NCBI GenBank assembly: GCA_963926105.1 | Contig: CAWUVW010000008.1 | Location: 867 to 64,866, forward strand | Source of the DNA: an uncultured Luminiphilus sp. | Lineage (GTDB): Bacteria; Pseudomonadota; Gammaproteobacteria; Pseudomonadales; Halieaceae | Length of the DNA stretch: 64,000 bases | Direction: 5' to 3' | Shown here: positions 47,669 through 56,625 of the stretch, one piece after another | Layout: each line of letters opens with the position of its first letter | Numbering within the stretch: position 1 is the first letter of the stretch | Notes under the pieces: generated by a model | Told to the model about the DNA's origin: nothing | Database searches by the model: none | What the model saw: only the letters and a program-made list of their open reading frames with translations | Made by a program: the position numbers and the translations under genes

Positions 47669-49414
47669 TTAACGAAGCTGCAGCGCCCTCCAGCCAAACC
47701 TCACAATTGCAATACGCGTAAAGAATACCAAGAAAAAGGTCATGATAATTGACACCACAATATGACGCTCTATGTCGTCAACGTAACGACCAAAATAGAG
47801 CATGGCGGCGAGGAATAGCCCACCCAGTATTGCAACTTCTTCGTACATAATACCTTTAAAGGTCCGTGGTTCTTGAGCGGTGAAAATGTCCAACAACACA
47901 CCGCCGCCCGCACATGTGAGTGCAGCAAGGAAGGGAATCCAATACCAATCCAGCTGCGCAACGATAGCAACCTTGGCACCTATAATGGCGAACGCAGCCA
48001 ATCCTATCGTATCTATCACCAAGAATATCCTTGGGAACTGCTCCAATATCGCCCTAGAGCTACGTCTGTAAAAATTGGTCAGTGCGCCGACAAACACGAC
48101 CGCAAGCACGATGTAGATATAAGTTGAATCGGTAAAAATAAAGGGTGGATACCTATCACCACCAACGAGTAAATCGCGAACGGTTCCCCCGCCGATTGCT
48201 GGCAATGAGGTCAGTACTAACGCACCCCAGATATCGTAATGACGCTGTTCAGCCCTCACAAACCCTGCGATACCGAATGCCAACGTGCCAATGAGATCAA
48301 GGATATAAAACCAACGAGTTGAAAGAATCTCCTCTAGGCGATAGCGAACTTCTATACTAAATGCCGATTGCTCATCAGACGTGATTTGGTACCAGAGATC
48401 ATGCGTCCAAGCATGATGGGCAACATTCTGCTCCACTCCATTTTTGGCGCCTAGCGAGCCTTCAAGCAACGCCGTCGTACGATCGTAGTCTTCGATTTGA
48501 AGCAGGCCTAGTGGATGTTGATCTGTCGCCACCAAACCTACGATTTCTTCGGCCATACGTATTTGGTGCAATCTGTCTAAACTTGGGTTGACCTGAATAA
48601 CGAGATCGACTGCCTCCCGGGGACGTTCCAGTGCATATTTCCAGCCACGTATTGACGCCCGCAAAAAACGACCCAGTCGATCAACAAACTCAGGATCCGT
48701 TAACCTCTGCGCATCGACATAGATCCCATCTTCGAGCAGGTTAAAACCGAGATCTTCGAATTTGAATATTGTGGTACTAGAGAGCGGCAAACCGCTCTCT
48801 AGTAGTGTCCAGTATTCGTTATAAATTAGTGCCGAGACACAGTCAGAAACACCACTATTCCAGTCTTCTAGCGCCCCGACCTGCTCAATCATACGTGCGC
48901 TGGCGAGTGGCTCATCAAGCTCAGTACGCAAGCTATCTAGCCACTTCACAAGCGGCACTTCGCTGCCGTTCAACCACACACTGAAGGTGCGGTTACGCAG
49001 TTGCTCCCGATGAACAATTCCCCGATCTCGATGACAAATAATTGTGATGCCAGAACGTTGGAAGATCTGTGCAACATTGACCAGCTGCGTTCCCGCTGCT
49101 TGGCTGATAAGCACGGTCGACAGCCATTCAACCACCGCATCGGCGCGACCTTCACGCACAGCACCCATGGGTTCAATACCTATTCCGCCAGGCAAAAGCG
49201 CAACATTGAGATTTTCTTGCTCATAATAGCCCAGCGCCGCCGCCGCGTAATAACCCATAAACTGCGCTTGATCAGACCATCTCAGCTGCAAAGTGAAATC
49301 GTCCGTCGCCTGAGACGACACCGCGCCCTCCTCTCGCTCTGGAGAGGCCACAACAGGTAGCGCTAATAAGCAAACAAGCAGTAGTAGTCTTGTAATTATT
49401 TTTTTCACTGCCAT
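47669..49414 (-). CDS. fusion: periplasmic NMT1/THI5-like solute-binding domain + TRIC/UPF0126 (YadS/YicG-like) channel
   Basis: 581 aa. Signal peptide, then an SBP-like domain (FTLQLRWSDQAQFMGYYAAAALGYYEQENLNVALLPGG). The C-terminal half has two UPF0126 repeats (LDLIGTLAFGIAGFVRA...GGGTVRDLL and IDTIGLAAFAIIGAKVA...GGGVLLDIF). Confidence 0.7.
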   Translation of the reverse strand: MAVKKIITRLLLLVCLLALPVVASPEREEGAVSSQATDDFTLQLRWSDQAQFMGYYAAAALGYYEQENLNVALLPGGIGIEPMGAVREGRADAVVEWLSTVLISQAAGTQLVNVAQIFQRSGITIICHRDRGIVHREQLRNRTFSVWLNGSEVPLVKWLDSLRTELDEPLASARMIEQVGALEDWNSGVSDCVSALIYNEYWTLLESGLPLSSTTIFKFEDLGFNLLEDGIYVDAQRLTDPEFVDRLGRFLRASIRGWKYALERPREAVDLVIQVNPSLDRLHQIRMAEEIVGLVATDQHPLGLLQIEDYDRTTALLEGSLGAKNGVEQNVAHHAWTHDLWYQITSDEQSAFSIEVRYRLEEILSTRWFYILDLIGTLAFGIAGFVRAEQRHYDIWGALVLTSLPAIGGGTVRDLLVGGDRYPPFIFTDSTYIYIVLAVVFVGALTNFYRRSSRAILEQFPRIFLVIDTIGLAAFAIIGAKVAIVAQLDWYWIPFLAALTCAGGGVLLDIFTAQEPRTFKGIMYEEVAILGGLFLAAMLYFGRYVDDIERHIVVSIIMTFFLVFFTRIAIVRFGWRALQLR

Positions 49415-49702
49415 TCTTAAATTGGGGTTGTGCCAGTTAGTCTAGCAATGCAATGTAAATGGCAGCAATAGATTTATTATCTGCAGCGCATAACTTTCAG
49501 TCAGCTCCGATTAACGGTGAATATTCGGCTGCCTGATGCAGACTTTACTAAAGGGTATGTGTGTTCGATTCGATCATGAAGCCCCGCCGCGCGCTTGCTA
49601 AAACTACAAGGCCGCGACGGCGCATTTTTACTGCCTTAGATCGACTCGGCCGTACGTCTACAGAGCCCTAAACAGACGCATATTAGCCCACTGTGGGATG
49701 CT

Positions 49703-50179
49703 TTATTGGCCTAACCAATATGAGTAGACCGTTTCGTAAACATTTTCTGTGGGCACCAAGTGCAGAGTATAAGTACCACGGATACCTGCATACTTGCCCG
49801 TGCCACCAATGATTGCGCCTTCATGCTTATGACCTTCCTTAATCGGACCACCATGATCAACCTGAACCACATCACTAGTATAAATCGAACCGTCCGGGAA
49901 AATTTCTTCACGCAGATACATGCGCGCACTCTTCTCTGTGGCGCTATCCAAAAAAATCAGCGTTGCTTGCCCGTAGTACACGCCTACGATCGGACCATTT
50001 AGTTCGAATGAAATATCATTATAACGCAGGTACTGATCGCCTACACTTAGGCCAGCCGGCGCCGCATCGACGTATTGCGGTGCCACGTGAGCCGCGTAAG
50101 TAGTCAGAGAGTGATCTTGAGCTAATGCTGGAACCGCTATGCTAGTTAGCATAGCCAGTGTAGTAAATGTTTTTTTCAT
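49703..50179 (-). CDS. secreted small beta-barrel protein (dirigent/allene-oxide-cyclase-like, tentative)
   Basis: 158 aa with signal peptide MKKTFTTLAMLTSIAVPALA. The C-terminal IIGGTGKYAGIRGTYTL motif is shared with the repeats of the 53245-54657 protein. Confidence 0.5.
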   Translation of the reverse strand: MKKTFTTLAMLTSIAVPALAQDHSLTTYAAHVAPQYVDAAPAGLSVGDQYLRYNDISFELNGPIVGVYYGQATLIFLDSATEKSARMYLREEIFPDGSIYTSDVVQVDHGGPIKEGHKHEGAIIGGTGKYAGIRGTYTLHLVPTENVYETVYSYWLGQ

Positions 50180-50689
50180 GATAATTCCTTTGGCGAGATT
50201 CAGAGGCGCTGAGACGGACTATATAAGAGTAGTACATCGGAAGCCTAAAGCAATTCGTCAACGGAGTAAACGAGCTACATTGGCGCAAGCAAGCGATCAA
50301 ATTACGCTGGATTAGTAAGTTGGATCACCGTTTTCGGCGCCGTATCTCATAGCAGAATTTAGCCCTGCTATAGGCGTGACTGATGCCACACACAGCCACA
50401 AGTCGAACGTTCTTAAATGACGCTTTTATAGGCCAAATTATTCGGTTAATTGAGTTTAGTGATGCCGGCCTGGCAAATCGCGCGCCATGGCAAAACATCC
50501 CCAAGTTGAAGGCTCACACCCAGCTCCGCTGCAGCTTGTCGGAATCCCTACAGGTTAAGGGCGCTGGTCAGTGGGCCATGTTGTAGCCTCGTTCGGGCTA
50601 TCACCCCGATCTGGGTCGACAGCGTTTTGTTATTCTGAGTGACTCGACACCCTATCACCGGCCCCTTCAAAAGCTGCTAAGAATGTCCT

Positions 50690-50900
50690 GAAATATCATG
50701 CAGCAATCCTCTGTCGTCACGCAGATACAGTTCGCTGTTTGTATATTAGCGACGATCCTTCAATTTTATTCGGCAGCGTTCTTGGGGACACCTTCACCAT
50801 TGGCGTACATAAGGCCAAGGAAGTACTGCACGAAGACTTCCCCTTACTCGGCCCGCCTCTTCATTTTTTCAAAGTCAGAGGAAGCCACCACCGGCAATGC
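50690..50900 (-). pseudogene. decayed Sel1-type repeat gene relic
   Basis: The minus-strand translation contains FLGLMYANGEGVPKNAAE (50769-50822), a textbook Sel1 repeat core. It is interrupted by stops and frameshifts on both sides. Confidence 0.35.
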
Positions 50901-51033
50901 AAACGTACAAGCAACCAGAGTGCACCTAGAGTCTTATTCCTATCTTTGCGCTCCTATTTCGATACTGAAATAATAAGCATACCTCTCCATCCGATACGGT
51001 TATCCTTCCTGCATTCATAGCGGGAGTGAAAAA

Positions 51034-51993
51034 ATGGGAATGTTACGACGAGTATGCCTGGCGGCAACAAGTTTTGCACTTTGTCAAAGCGCGTTTGCGT
51101 TAGAGGCGCTTCAAATTTCCGAACGCCAACCTGGAAATTTAGAAAGTTGGGTAGCGCTTAGCATCCTCATAACGTCCGTGTTAACGGCTTGGTTTTTGAA
51201 TCACAATGCTGCAAAAGTTCGAGTGTTCGGTACTATTCTGGCGGCATCAGGGTGTTTTGCTATCGCAGCCTGGTTTTTGGTCTATGTGCTTGGTACTGGC
51301 TTTCTGGAGAACCCTAAGCCCAACCAAACTCCGCTCGATTCAGCCAAGCCAGCATTGCTTTGGATTCAGGCTATGGTGGCATTAGTTTCTGGGCTTGCTT
51401 TACTCGCTGTTGCGGTCAAACAAAATAAAAACACCGATACCTTAGCGCTTAGCGCCGCTAATGAGCCAGACCGCTACGGTCGAGTATCACGTGTTCTTCA
51501 TTGGACTATTGCAATTCTCTTTTTAGCATTAATCCCAATGGGCATATTCGCGTCTATCATTCCCGAAGGCACGGCATATCGCGTTGAGTATTATGTGGTT
51601 CATAAAACCATTGGCGTTACTGTCTTAGCGCTTGTCCTGGTGCGTTTGTTTTGGAATCGAAAGTCGAAGCGCCCAGCACTAGATGCGGCGCTTACTTCCA
51701 AGGAGCGCAAGCTCGCGCACGGGGCACACATCGCCCTTTACGTGATGATGATTATGATTCCAATTACCGGCTTTATCATGACCAGCTTCCATGGCGCGCC
51801 AACGTTCTTCTTCGCTTGGGAGCTTGAGCCGCTCTGGGGTTTTAGTAAGACCGGTACAATTGCGTGGGGAATGCTTCATAAATATGTACTTCCCTACATC
51901 TTATACATTGTTTTAGGCGCGCATATTTTGGGCGCATTAAAACACCAGCTTATTGACAAGCACGCTAATGCTTTCAAGCGTATTGTGTCTTAA
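51034..51993 (+). CDS. cytochrome b561 (CybB-like) with about 150-aa N-terminal membrane extension
   Basis: RVLHWTIAILFLALIPMG, HKTIGVTVLALVLVRLFW, AHIALYVMMIMIPITG and GAHILGALKHQL supply the four His ligands in CybB-like spacing. GGGAG lies 8 nt before the ATG. Confidence 0.8.
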   Translation: MGMLRRVCLAATSFALCQSAFALEALQISERQPGNLESWVALSILITSVLTAWFLNHNAAKVRVFGTILAASGCFAIAAWFLVYVLGTGFLENPKPNQTPLDSAKPALLWIQAMVALVSGLALLAVAVKQNKNTDTLALSAANEPDRYGRVSRVLHWTIAILFLALIPMGIFASIIPEGTAYRVEYYVVHKTIGVTVLALVLVRLFWNRKSKRPALDAALTSKERKLAHGAHIALYVMMIMIPITGFIMTSFHGAPTFFFAWELEPLWGFSKTGTIAWGMLHKYVLPYILYIVLGAHILGALKHQLIDKHANAFKRIVS

Positions 51994-52054
51994 ATCTCCT
52001 TGCACGATTGATTCCTAATTTGTGTGAATTGCCGCTTAGGGCTATGTTGATGCC

Positions 52055-52110
52055 GACCTTTCTCCCAAGTTAACGCCAATCATTGAATGAGATTCCCATA
52101 AGTTATGGCC
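52055..52110 (+). repeat. copy A of a roughly 55-nt direct repeat flanking the DUF1993 gene
   Basis: gacctttctcccaagttaacgccaatcattgaatgagattcccataagttatggcc, versus copy B at 52756-52810 (about 85 percent identical by eye). Confidence 0.8.
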
Positions 52111-52131
52111 ACCCTTCGGCGGCCATTTTTT
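52105..52131 (+). terminator. rho-independent terminator (cytochrome b561 transcript)
   Basis: ATGGCCACC-cttc-GGCGGCCAT followed by a T run. The hairpin is created by an 11-nt insertion relative to repeat copy B. Confidence 0.6.
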
Positions 52132-52140
52132 ACCCATACA

Positions 52141-52653
52141 CTAAGACTTATAAGGCATTGATCCTAAGTAATCCTTCTTGCCCACTTCGACACCGTTGTG
52201 CCGTAATATGGCGTAGGTCGTGGTGATATGGAAGTAGAGGTTAGGGATAGCGTGCTGCACCGCAAATTCATAAGCGGTCAAGTATTTTCCTTCCCAGCGC
52301 GGTTGCGAGACCTGCTGAGCTTCAGTGTTGGCAAAATCTGCTGGCGTATAGGTAGCCAGATATGCAATGACTTGTTGGATGCGGGCTTGTAACTCGGGCA
52401 AGGTCTTTTCTGTATCTTCGTATTTGGGTGCAGAGTCGGCTTTACCGGTTACACGTGCGGCACCCAGCTTGGCGGTATCGCAGGTAATTTGCACCTGCCT
52501 GATCAGGTTAAATTGGTCCGGTGCTAGTCGTGAGTTGAGCAACACTTCAGGATCAATTTTTTTCGTTTCGGAAAAGCTCGCAGCCTTGTCCAAAACGGCA
52601 CTTAAATTAGTCAGCATTTTGCTGAATTGAACCACTGTTAAATCATAAAGCAT
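52141..52653 (-). CDS. DUF1993-family protein
   Basis: 170 aa. MLYDLTVVQFSKMLTNLSAVLDKA...RLAPDQFNLIRQVQITCDTAK...IPNLYFHITTTYAILRHNGVEVGKKDYLG matches the DUF1993 pattern end to end. Confidence 0.85.
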   Translation of the reverse strand: MLYDLTVVQFSKMLTNLSAVLDKAASFSETKKIDPEVLLNSRLAPDQFNLIRQVQITCDTAKLGAARVTGKADSAPKYEDTEKTLPELQARIQQVIAYLATYTPADFANTEAQQVSQPRWEGKYLTAYEFAVQHAIPNLYFHITTTYAILRHNGVEVGKKDYLGSMPYKS

Positions 52654-52755
52654 AGAATAGACCTCAAAGAGTTAGTGCGCGGCGGCCAATAATGTGGCCG
52701 AGTTGCCGTTAATTTGGCGGTAAAATAGGTACTTAGCAAGTGCTGGTGACATTTT

Positions 52756-52810
52756 GACCTTCTCCCCAAGTTAACACCAATCCTTGGATGAGATTCACGT
52801 AAGTTAGGCC
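52756..52810 (+). repeat. copy B of the roughly 55-nt direct repeat flanking the DUF1993 gene
   Basis: gaccttctccccaagttaacaccaatccttggatgagattcacgtaagttaggcc, about 100 nt upstream of the DUF1993 start codon. Confidence 0.8.
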
Positions 52811-53244
52811 GCCATCACAAACGAGCACCCCGTTAGACTAGAGCAGCGAAAGCATCGTTCCTTTTTTTAACATCACCCTCTAATATATCTGGCCAGCACC
52901 ACTAATGGTCAACCAAGGGCATTACCCCCCCTTTTCTCTTTCATCATCTCTTGTACTCTACTGCCGAGTCATCACCCCAGCGTCTAACGCAACAACCTGC
53001 GATTAGCAGTCTAAAATGGAGAAGCAACGGGCAGAGAAGTGTCGCGTAGCAATAGGGTCAACTGGATGGCGCGGGCCGGATAGAGCGCCGACTTAATAGT
53101 TGCTAGCTATTTTCTTCTTTGATTTTTGCATAATAGTTTATCGCGCAATCTCCATAGACAACGCTCATACCTCTGTAGTTGCCATAATATCGGGGAGAAA
53201 ATGGTGAGCCGGTATTGCTGCCATTAGCCCGTTAATCGCGGTTA

Positions 53245-54657
53245 TTAGATGTCAGTAAATATAAACTCATGTGTATAGCTGCCATCGTCATTATGTATTG
53301 TCTCAACCTGACCCTGTGCCGCCATATAATCGCCTGTTCCCCCCATGATTGCGCGAGCTTGAGGAACGTTCTTTTCGAACTCAGATTCCGAGCGACCATC
53401 AAATGGATAGACCTCTTTTCCACCGATGACCACAGTATTTGCGCTACCAAAATCAATTACTAGATGTGTAATTCTTTCTTTGAAGTTGACGCCGCCTGGC
53501 TCTGGAATATCAACAGTGATGACAAAACCACTAAGCTTGCCGAGCAAGCCCTCTGTGGAAGTCACGTCCGCATCAAGCGCCAAGACGTCGCCATGCGATC
53601 CGCCCTCTAGTCCAACATCAATATGGACAAGGAAAGGCAGCGCTTGATGAAGCGTCAGCGTGCTCTGGACATCTTCGGTGGAGGGATTGGGATTGACTGT
53701 ACCGACCAGCTGAAATGTCTGCGTGTAGGTACCATCAGCGATTCGGGTTGTTTCAACTTGGCCTCGAGCGCCAATAAATTGTCCCGTACCACCCACTATT
53801 GGCTTCATCACCGGGGCGTTAATTGCGAGCTCATCTGCGCCACTCGAATCAGCGGGGTAACTGGAGTTTCCAAACATCACTAAGGTATTGCCTTCACCGA
53901 AATCGAATACCGCCTTAACAAATCTATCTTGGAAGATAACTTCATTAGGCTCAGGCACGTCTACGGTAGTAATTATGCCGCTGAGCTTACCCTGGAGGCC
54001 TTCATCTGAAGTAAATTCAGCATCAACGGCCAATAGGTCGCCGTGCGATCCGCCTTCCTGCCCAAGATCGATATGAACGACATTGGGTACTCCTTGACTA
54101 AGTGTGAACGTCCGTTGCTCGTCTGAGAGCCCTTCCTGCCATGGTGCTACCCCCACCAGTTCAAATGTATGGCTGTAGGTGAAATTTTCATTACGTATGG
54201 TCTCGACCTGCCCTTTTGCACCAAGGAAGTCACCTGTACCGCCAAGCACAGGGCGTATTTGCGGGTTATTAAACGTCATTTCCTCAGTGCCACTGCCATC
54301 AAATGGATAGGTCGATTTGCCGCCAACCACCAAGGTGCCGAAGCCAGGAAAGTCGAATACAATTTCCGTAATTCTATCTTGAACAACTTGACTTGACTCT
54401 ACGATATCAGCCGTTGTGATCATACCGCTGAGTTTGCCCGATAGGCCTGTATCGGAGGTGATTTCGGCATCAAATGCCAAAATGTCTCCATGCGATCCAC
54501 CCTCCTGCCCGATATCAATATGAACAAGTGAGGGGGGCGCCTGCTCGACGACAAATGTCCCATAATTCGCTGGCGATGTTACGACGCTCTCATCGCCACT
54601 ACAGCCAGCCAAGAACGCGATTAACAATGTGATTAAGGGAGATTTAAATTTTTGCAT
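53245..54657 (-). CDS. lipoprotein made of three tandem domains of about 150 aa each (same fold type as 49703-50179)
   Basis: 470 aa with lipobox AFLAGC. Three repeats each contain VHID(I/L/V)G.EGGSHGD.LA.DAE.TS..GL.GKLSG...T.D and GGTG.F.GA.GQVET... Confidence 0.7.
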   Translation of the reverse strand: MQKFKSPLITLLIAFLAGCSGDESVVTSPANYGTFVVEQAPPSLVHIDIGQEGGSHGDILAFDAEITSDTGLSGKLSGMITTADIVESSQVVQDRITEIVFDFPGFGTLVVGGKSTYPFDGSGTEEMTFNNPQIRPVLGGTGDFLGAKGQVETIRNENFTYSHTFELVGVAPWQEGLSDEQRTFTLSQGVPNVVHIDLGQEGGSHGDLLAVDAEFTSDEGLQGKLSGIITTVDVPEPNEVIFQDRFVKAVFDFGEGNTLVMFGNSSYPADSSGADELAINAPVMKPIVGGTGQFIGARGQVETTRIADGTYTQTFQLVGTVNPNPSTEDVQSTLTLHQALPFLVHIDVGLEGGSHGDVLALDADVTSTEGLLGKLSGFVITVDIPEPGGVNFKERITHLVIDFGSANTVVIGGKEVYPFDGRSESEFEKNVPQARAIMGGTGDYMAAQGQVETIHNDDGSYTHEFIFTDI

Positions 54658-54686
54658 GACCTTAGTACCTGAAGTATGACTTTAGT

Positions 54687-54727
54687 CTGTACATAAATGC
54701 GGAGTTATACTCCGCATTTATGTACAG
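54687..54727. repeat. perfect 18-bp-stem hairpin / palindrome
   Basis: CTGTACATAAATGCGGAG-ttata-CTCCGCATTTATGTACAG, 30 nt upstream of the lipoprotein ATG (54657). No flanking T-run on either strand. Confidence 0.9.
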
Positions 54728-54971
54728 TTCAAGACACCCATAGCCTTGCGACTTGGGCAAAATTTAGGCAATACTGCTCGGTAAGATTTGACCTTACGAT
54801 CAATCGATTATGGGGATGGAGGGAGATAAGTCACAATAGTTTCCTAAGTCGAAGAAGGCGAACCTCGACCGATCTTATTGATGTCTTACTCAGCTAACAG
54901 CTGATCACGCAAAGCTGATTTCTGTATTTTCGTGGCTGTGGTCGCTGCCGCCGTGCTGATGGCTAATTGGA

Positions 54972-55582
54972 TTGAGCGGGCTGGGTATACTGGTGCGGCG
55001 GTGTCGCGGAGGACTGGCTGGCTCTAGAAAGACAGCGCTTTGCGATCCACACAAGAGTAGCGCGAAGCCCTGCCCTAAGCTGCGCTGCCGGCAACGACAG
55101 CAGCAGTTAGCCCGCGTCAGATGCCGCGACATCCATGAAGTGATCGTAAACGGTCTATGTATGAATGTGCTGCAGATCATCGACAGCAAAGGCAGGACAG
55201 GCGAACCGAGAAAGCAGTTTGTCCCGCTAACGCCTTTGGCTGACGAGGTAGTCCAGTCACTCGCCATACTGGGCAAATACCTGTCATCCACAGACGGCGC
55301 CAACCCTATTGGGGCGAAGTTTTTAGTCGGCAGCTAAAGCCCATCGTCAAAGAAATGGAAGACGCTGGAGAACTGGAAAGCGAACCCTTTACCGCTGGGG
55401 CTTTGCGCTCAACGGTTGAAACGCTATGGGGTAAGCATGGGGTAAGCAGAGAGACCCAAGGTCACTTGCTGTCGCATGGTAATTCAGGCGTTCAATCGAA
55501 GCACTATGACCGCCACGACAACAACGGACAAAAATTAGATGCCCGGCTGAAGTGGCAAAGTATTTTGGAGATAGAACAATGA
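54972..55582 (+). pseudogene. tyrosine recombinase (phage-type integrase), 5'-truncated and frameshifted
   Basis: Frame A reads ...LQIIDSKGRTGEPRKQFVPLTPLADEVV...STDGANPIGAKF, then a stop. The next frame reads FSRQLKPIVKEMEDAGELESEPFTAGALRSTVETLWGKHGVSRETQGHLLSHGNSGVQSKHYDRHD (R...H..Y catalytic C-terminus). The frames join if one T is added to the T5 run at 55320-55324. The N-terminal half is absent. Confidence 0.7.
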
Positions 55583-56199
55583 ATGCCCTCGAGAAATTCG
55601 CGCTAGAGAATATCGAAGCCTACGAGCTAGATACAAAGCTGAAATTTTTGGTCGCACTAGATACGGCTGATCTAAACAAGCTCGAGGAAGCTTACAAAGA
55701 AGCAACGAGCGCGATTAAAGAGACACGAGGGCTACCTACCGAAATGGGTCGGCCGAAGACAAGCGTCGAGACTGAGGCGATGAAGGAACACCTCCTTCGG
55801 CTCGCCATTACGATCAAAGCCTATCAGAAAGGACTCAGTTATACCGCTGCTTATCAAGCGTATTTCTTGTCCTATAGCTTCCCCCAGAAACAGACGAGGC
55901 GGCGGACACAAGTCGGCGATGGGCGGATTTTCAGGGATAAGGGCTGCAACATTGTGTGGGATCATCTTTCGTTTACCGGAACTGTCGCTGAGATCGCTGC
56001 GCTAGAGCAAGCAGCGCACATAGAAGAACTGCGTTACTACTGCGAGAATAAGGTCCTTGTCGCTAAGAATAACGACGGCAACGACATCATAATTGACGAC
56101 GGGCGGTTAATGACTCACGAGAGCGGTAACTCTGAGTTCGCCAGGTGGGTTAGGGGCTTAGTCAACAAAGCCGAAATTGAAATGCTAGAAATTGGGTAA
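55579..56199 (+). CDS. hypothetical protein coupled to the integrase 3' end
   Basis: 206 aa from ATG 55579, which overlaps the integrase TGA (ATGA). No family recognised. It is followed directly by a terminator. Confidence 0.5.
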   Translation: MNALEKFALENIEAYELDTKLKFLVALDTADLNKLEEAYKEATSAIKETRGLPTEMGRPKTSVETEAMKEHLLRLAITIKAYQKGLSYTAAYQAYFLSYSFPQKQTRRRTQVGDGRIFRDKGCNIVWDHLSFTGTVAEIAALEQAAHIEELRYYCENKVLVAKNNDGNDIIIDDGRLMTHESGNSEFARWVRGLVNKAEIEMLEIG

Positions 56200-56231
56200 G
56201 TATTAAAATAATACTTACCCAATTCTTTATT
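56191..56231 (+). terminator. rho-independent-like terminator
   Basis: ATTGGGTAAGTATT-aaaat-AATACTTACCCAAT (14-bp perfect stem; the left arm includes the stop codon), followed by tctttatt. Confidence 0.6.
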
Positions 56232-56471
56232 CGCTAGCCTGAGCTTTCATGGTGTCTAGCAGATAGGCGCTAGAACACATGACTACAAAATATGACTTAC
56301 CGCAAAGAGATCTTCTTTTAAAACCGAAAGTCCTCTTTCGCAAGCGGGAGTGGCACCCATTGTCGTCACATAGTCGGACAGGCCCCCGATCAGGTCGCGA
56401 TGGCAGGGGATCGTGAAGGTATTGGGGAGTGCTTTAGTGCAGCCAATGGAACGCAAACAGACAACCACGCT

Positions 56472-56625
56472 CTGCCGCTGGGACTCCATAGACTGATGAA
56501 ACAAGTATCTACTGTGGCTGAAACCTCTAAACAGAAAACTGCTGTCAAGCGAAACGCGTCACGAGCTGCCGCATTACAAGAGGAATAGCATAAGCTGGAT
56601 TTCCTCTGAGCGTAGGACTAACGTC
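56472..56625 (+). repeat. copy 1 of a diverged 154-nt direct repeat (left of the lodAB-like cargo)
   Basis: It aligns without gaps to 63057-63210, 124/154 identical by my manual count. The longest identical run is acgagctgccgcattacaaga, and there is a shared tail ctctgag.gt.ggactaacgtc. It covers the C-terminal 38 codons of small ORF 56400-56588. Confidence 0.85.

Noticed and set aside
49583-49632. GC-rich hairpin followed by a T-run, terminator-like on the + strand
   Set aside because: Both flanking genes are on the minus strand, so the orientation is wrong for either. The stem also has a bulge. It could belong to an unannotated sRNA, but nothing else supports that.
54728-54971. tRNA/tmRNA gene or att core next to the integrase relic
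   Set aside because: No cloverleaf-compatible sequence or T-loop (GGTTCGAATCC-like) is present. The only match to the 154-nt repeat core is an 8-nt GCTGCCGC, which is not significant.
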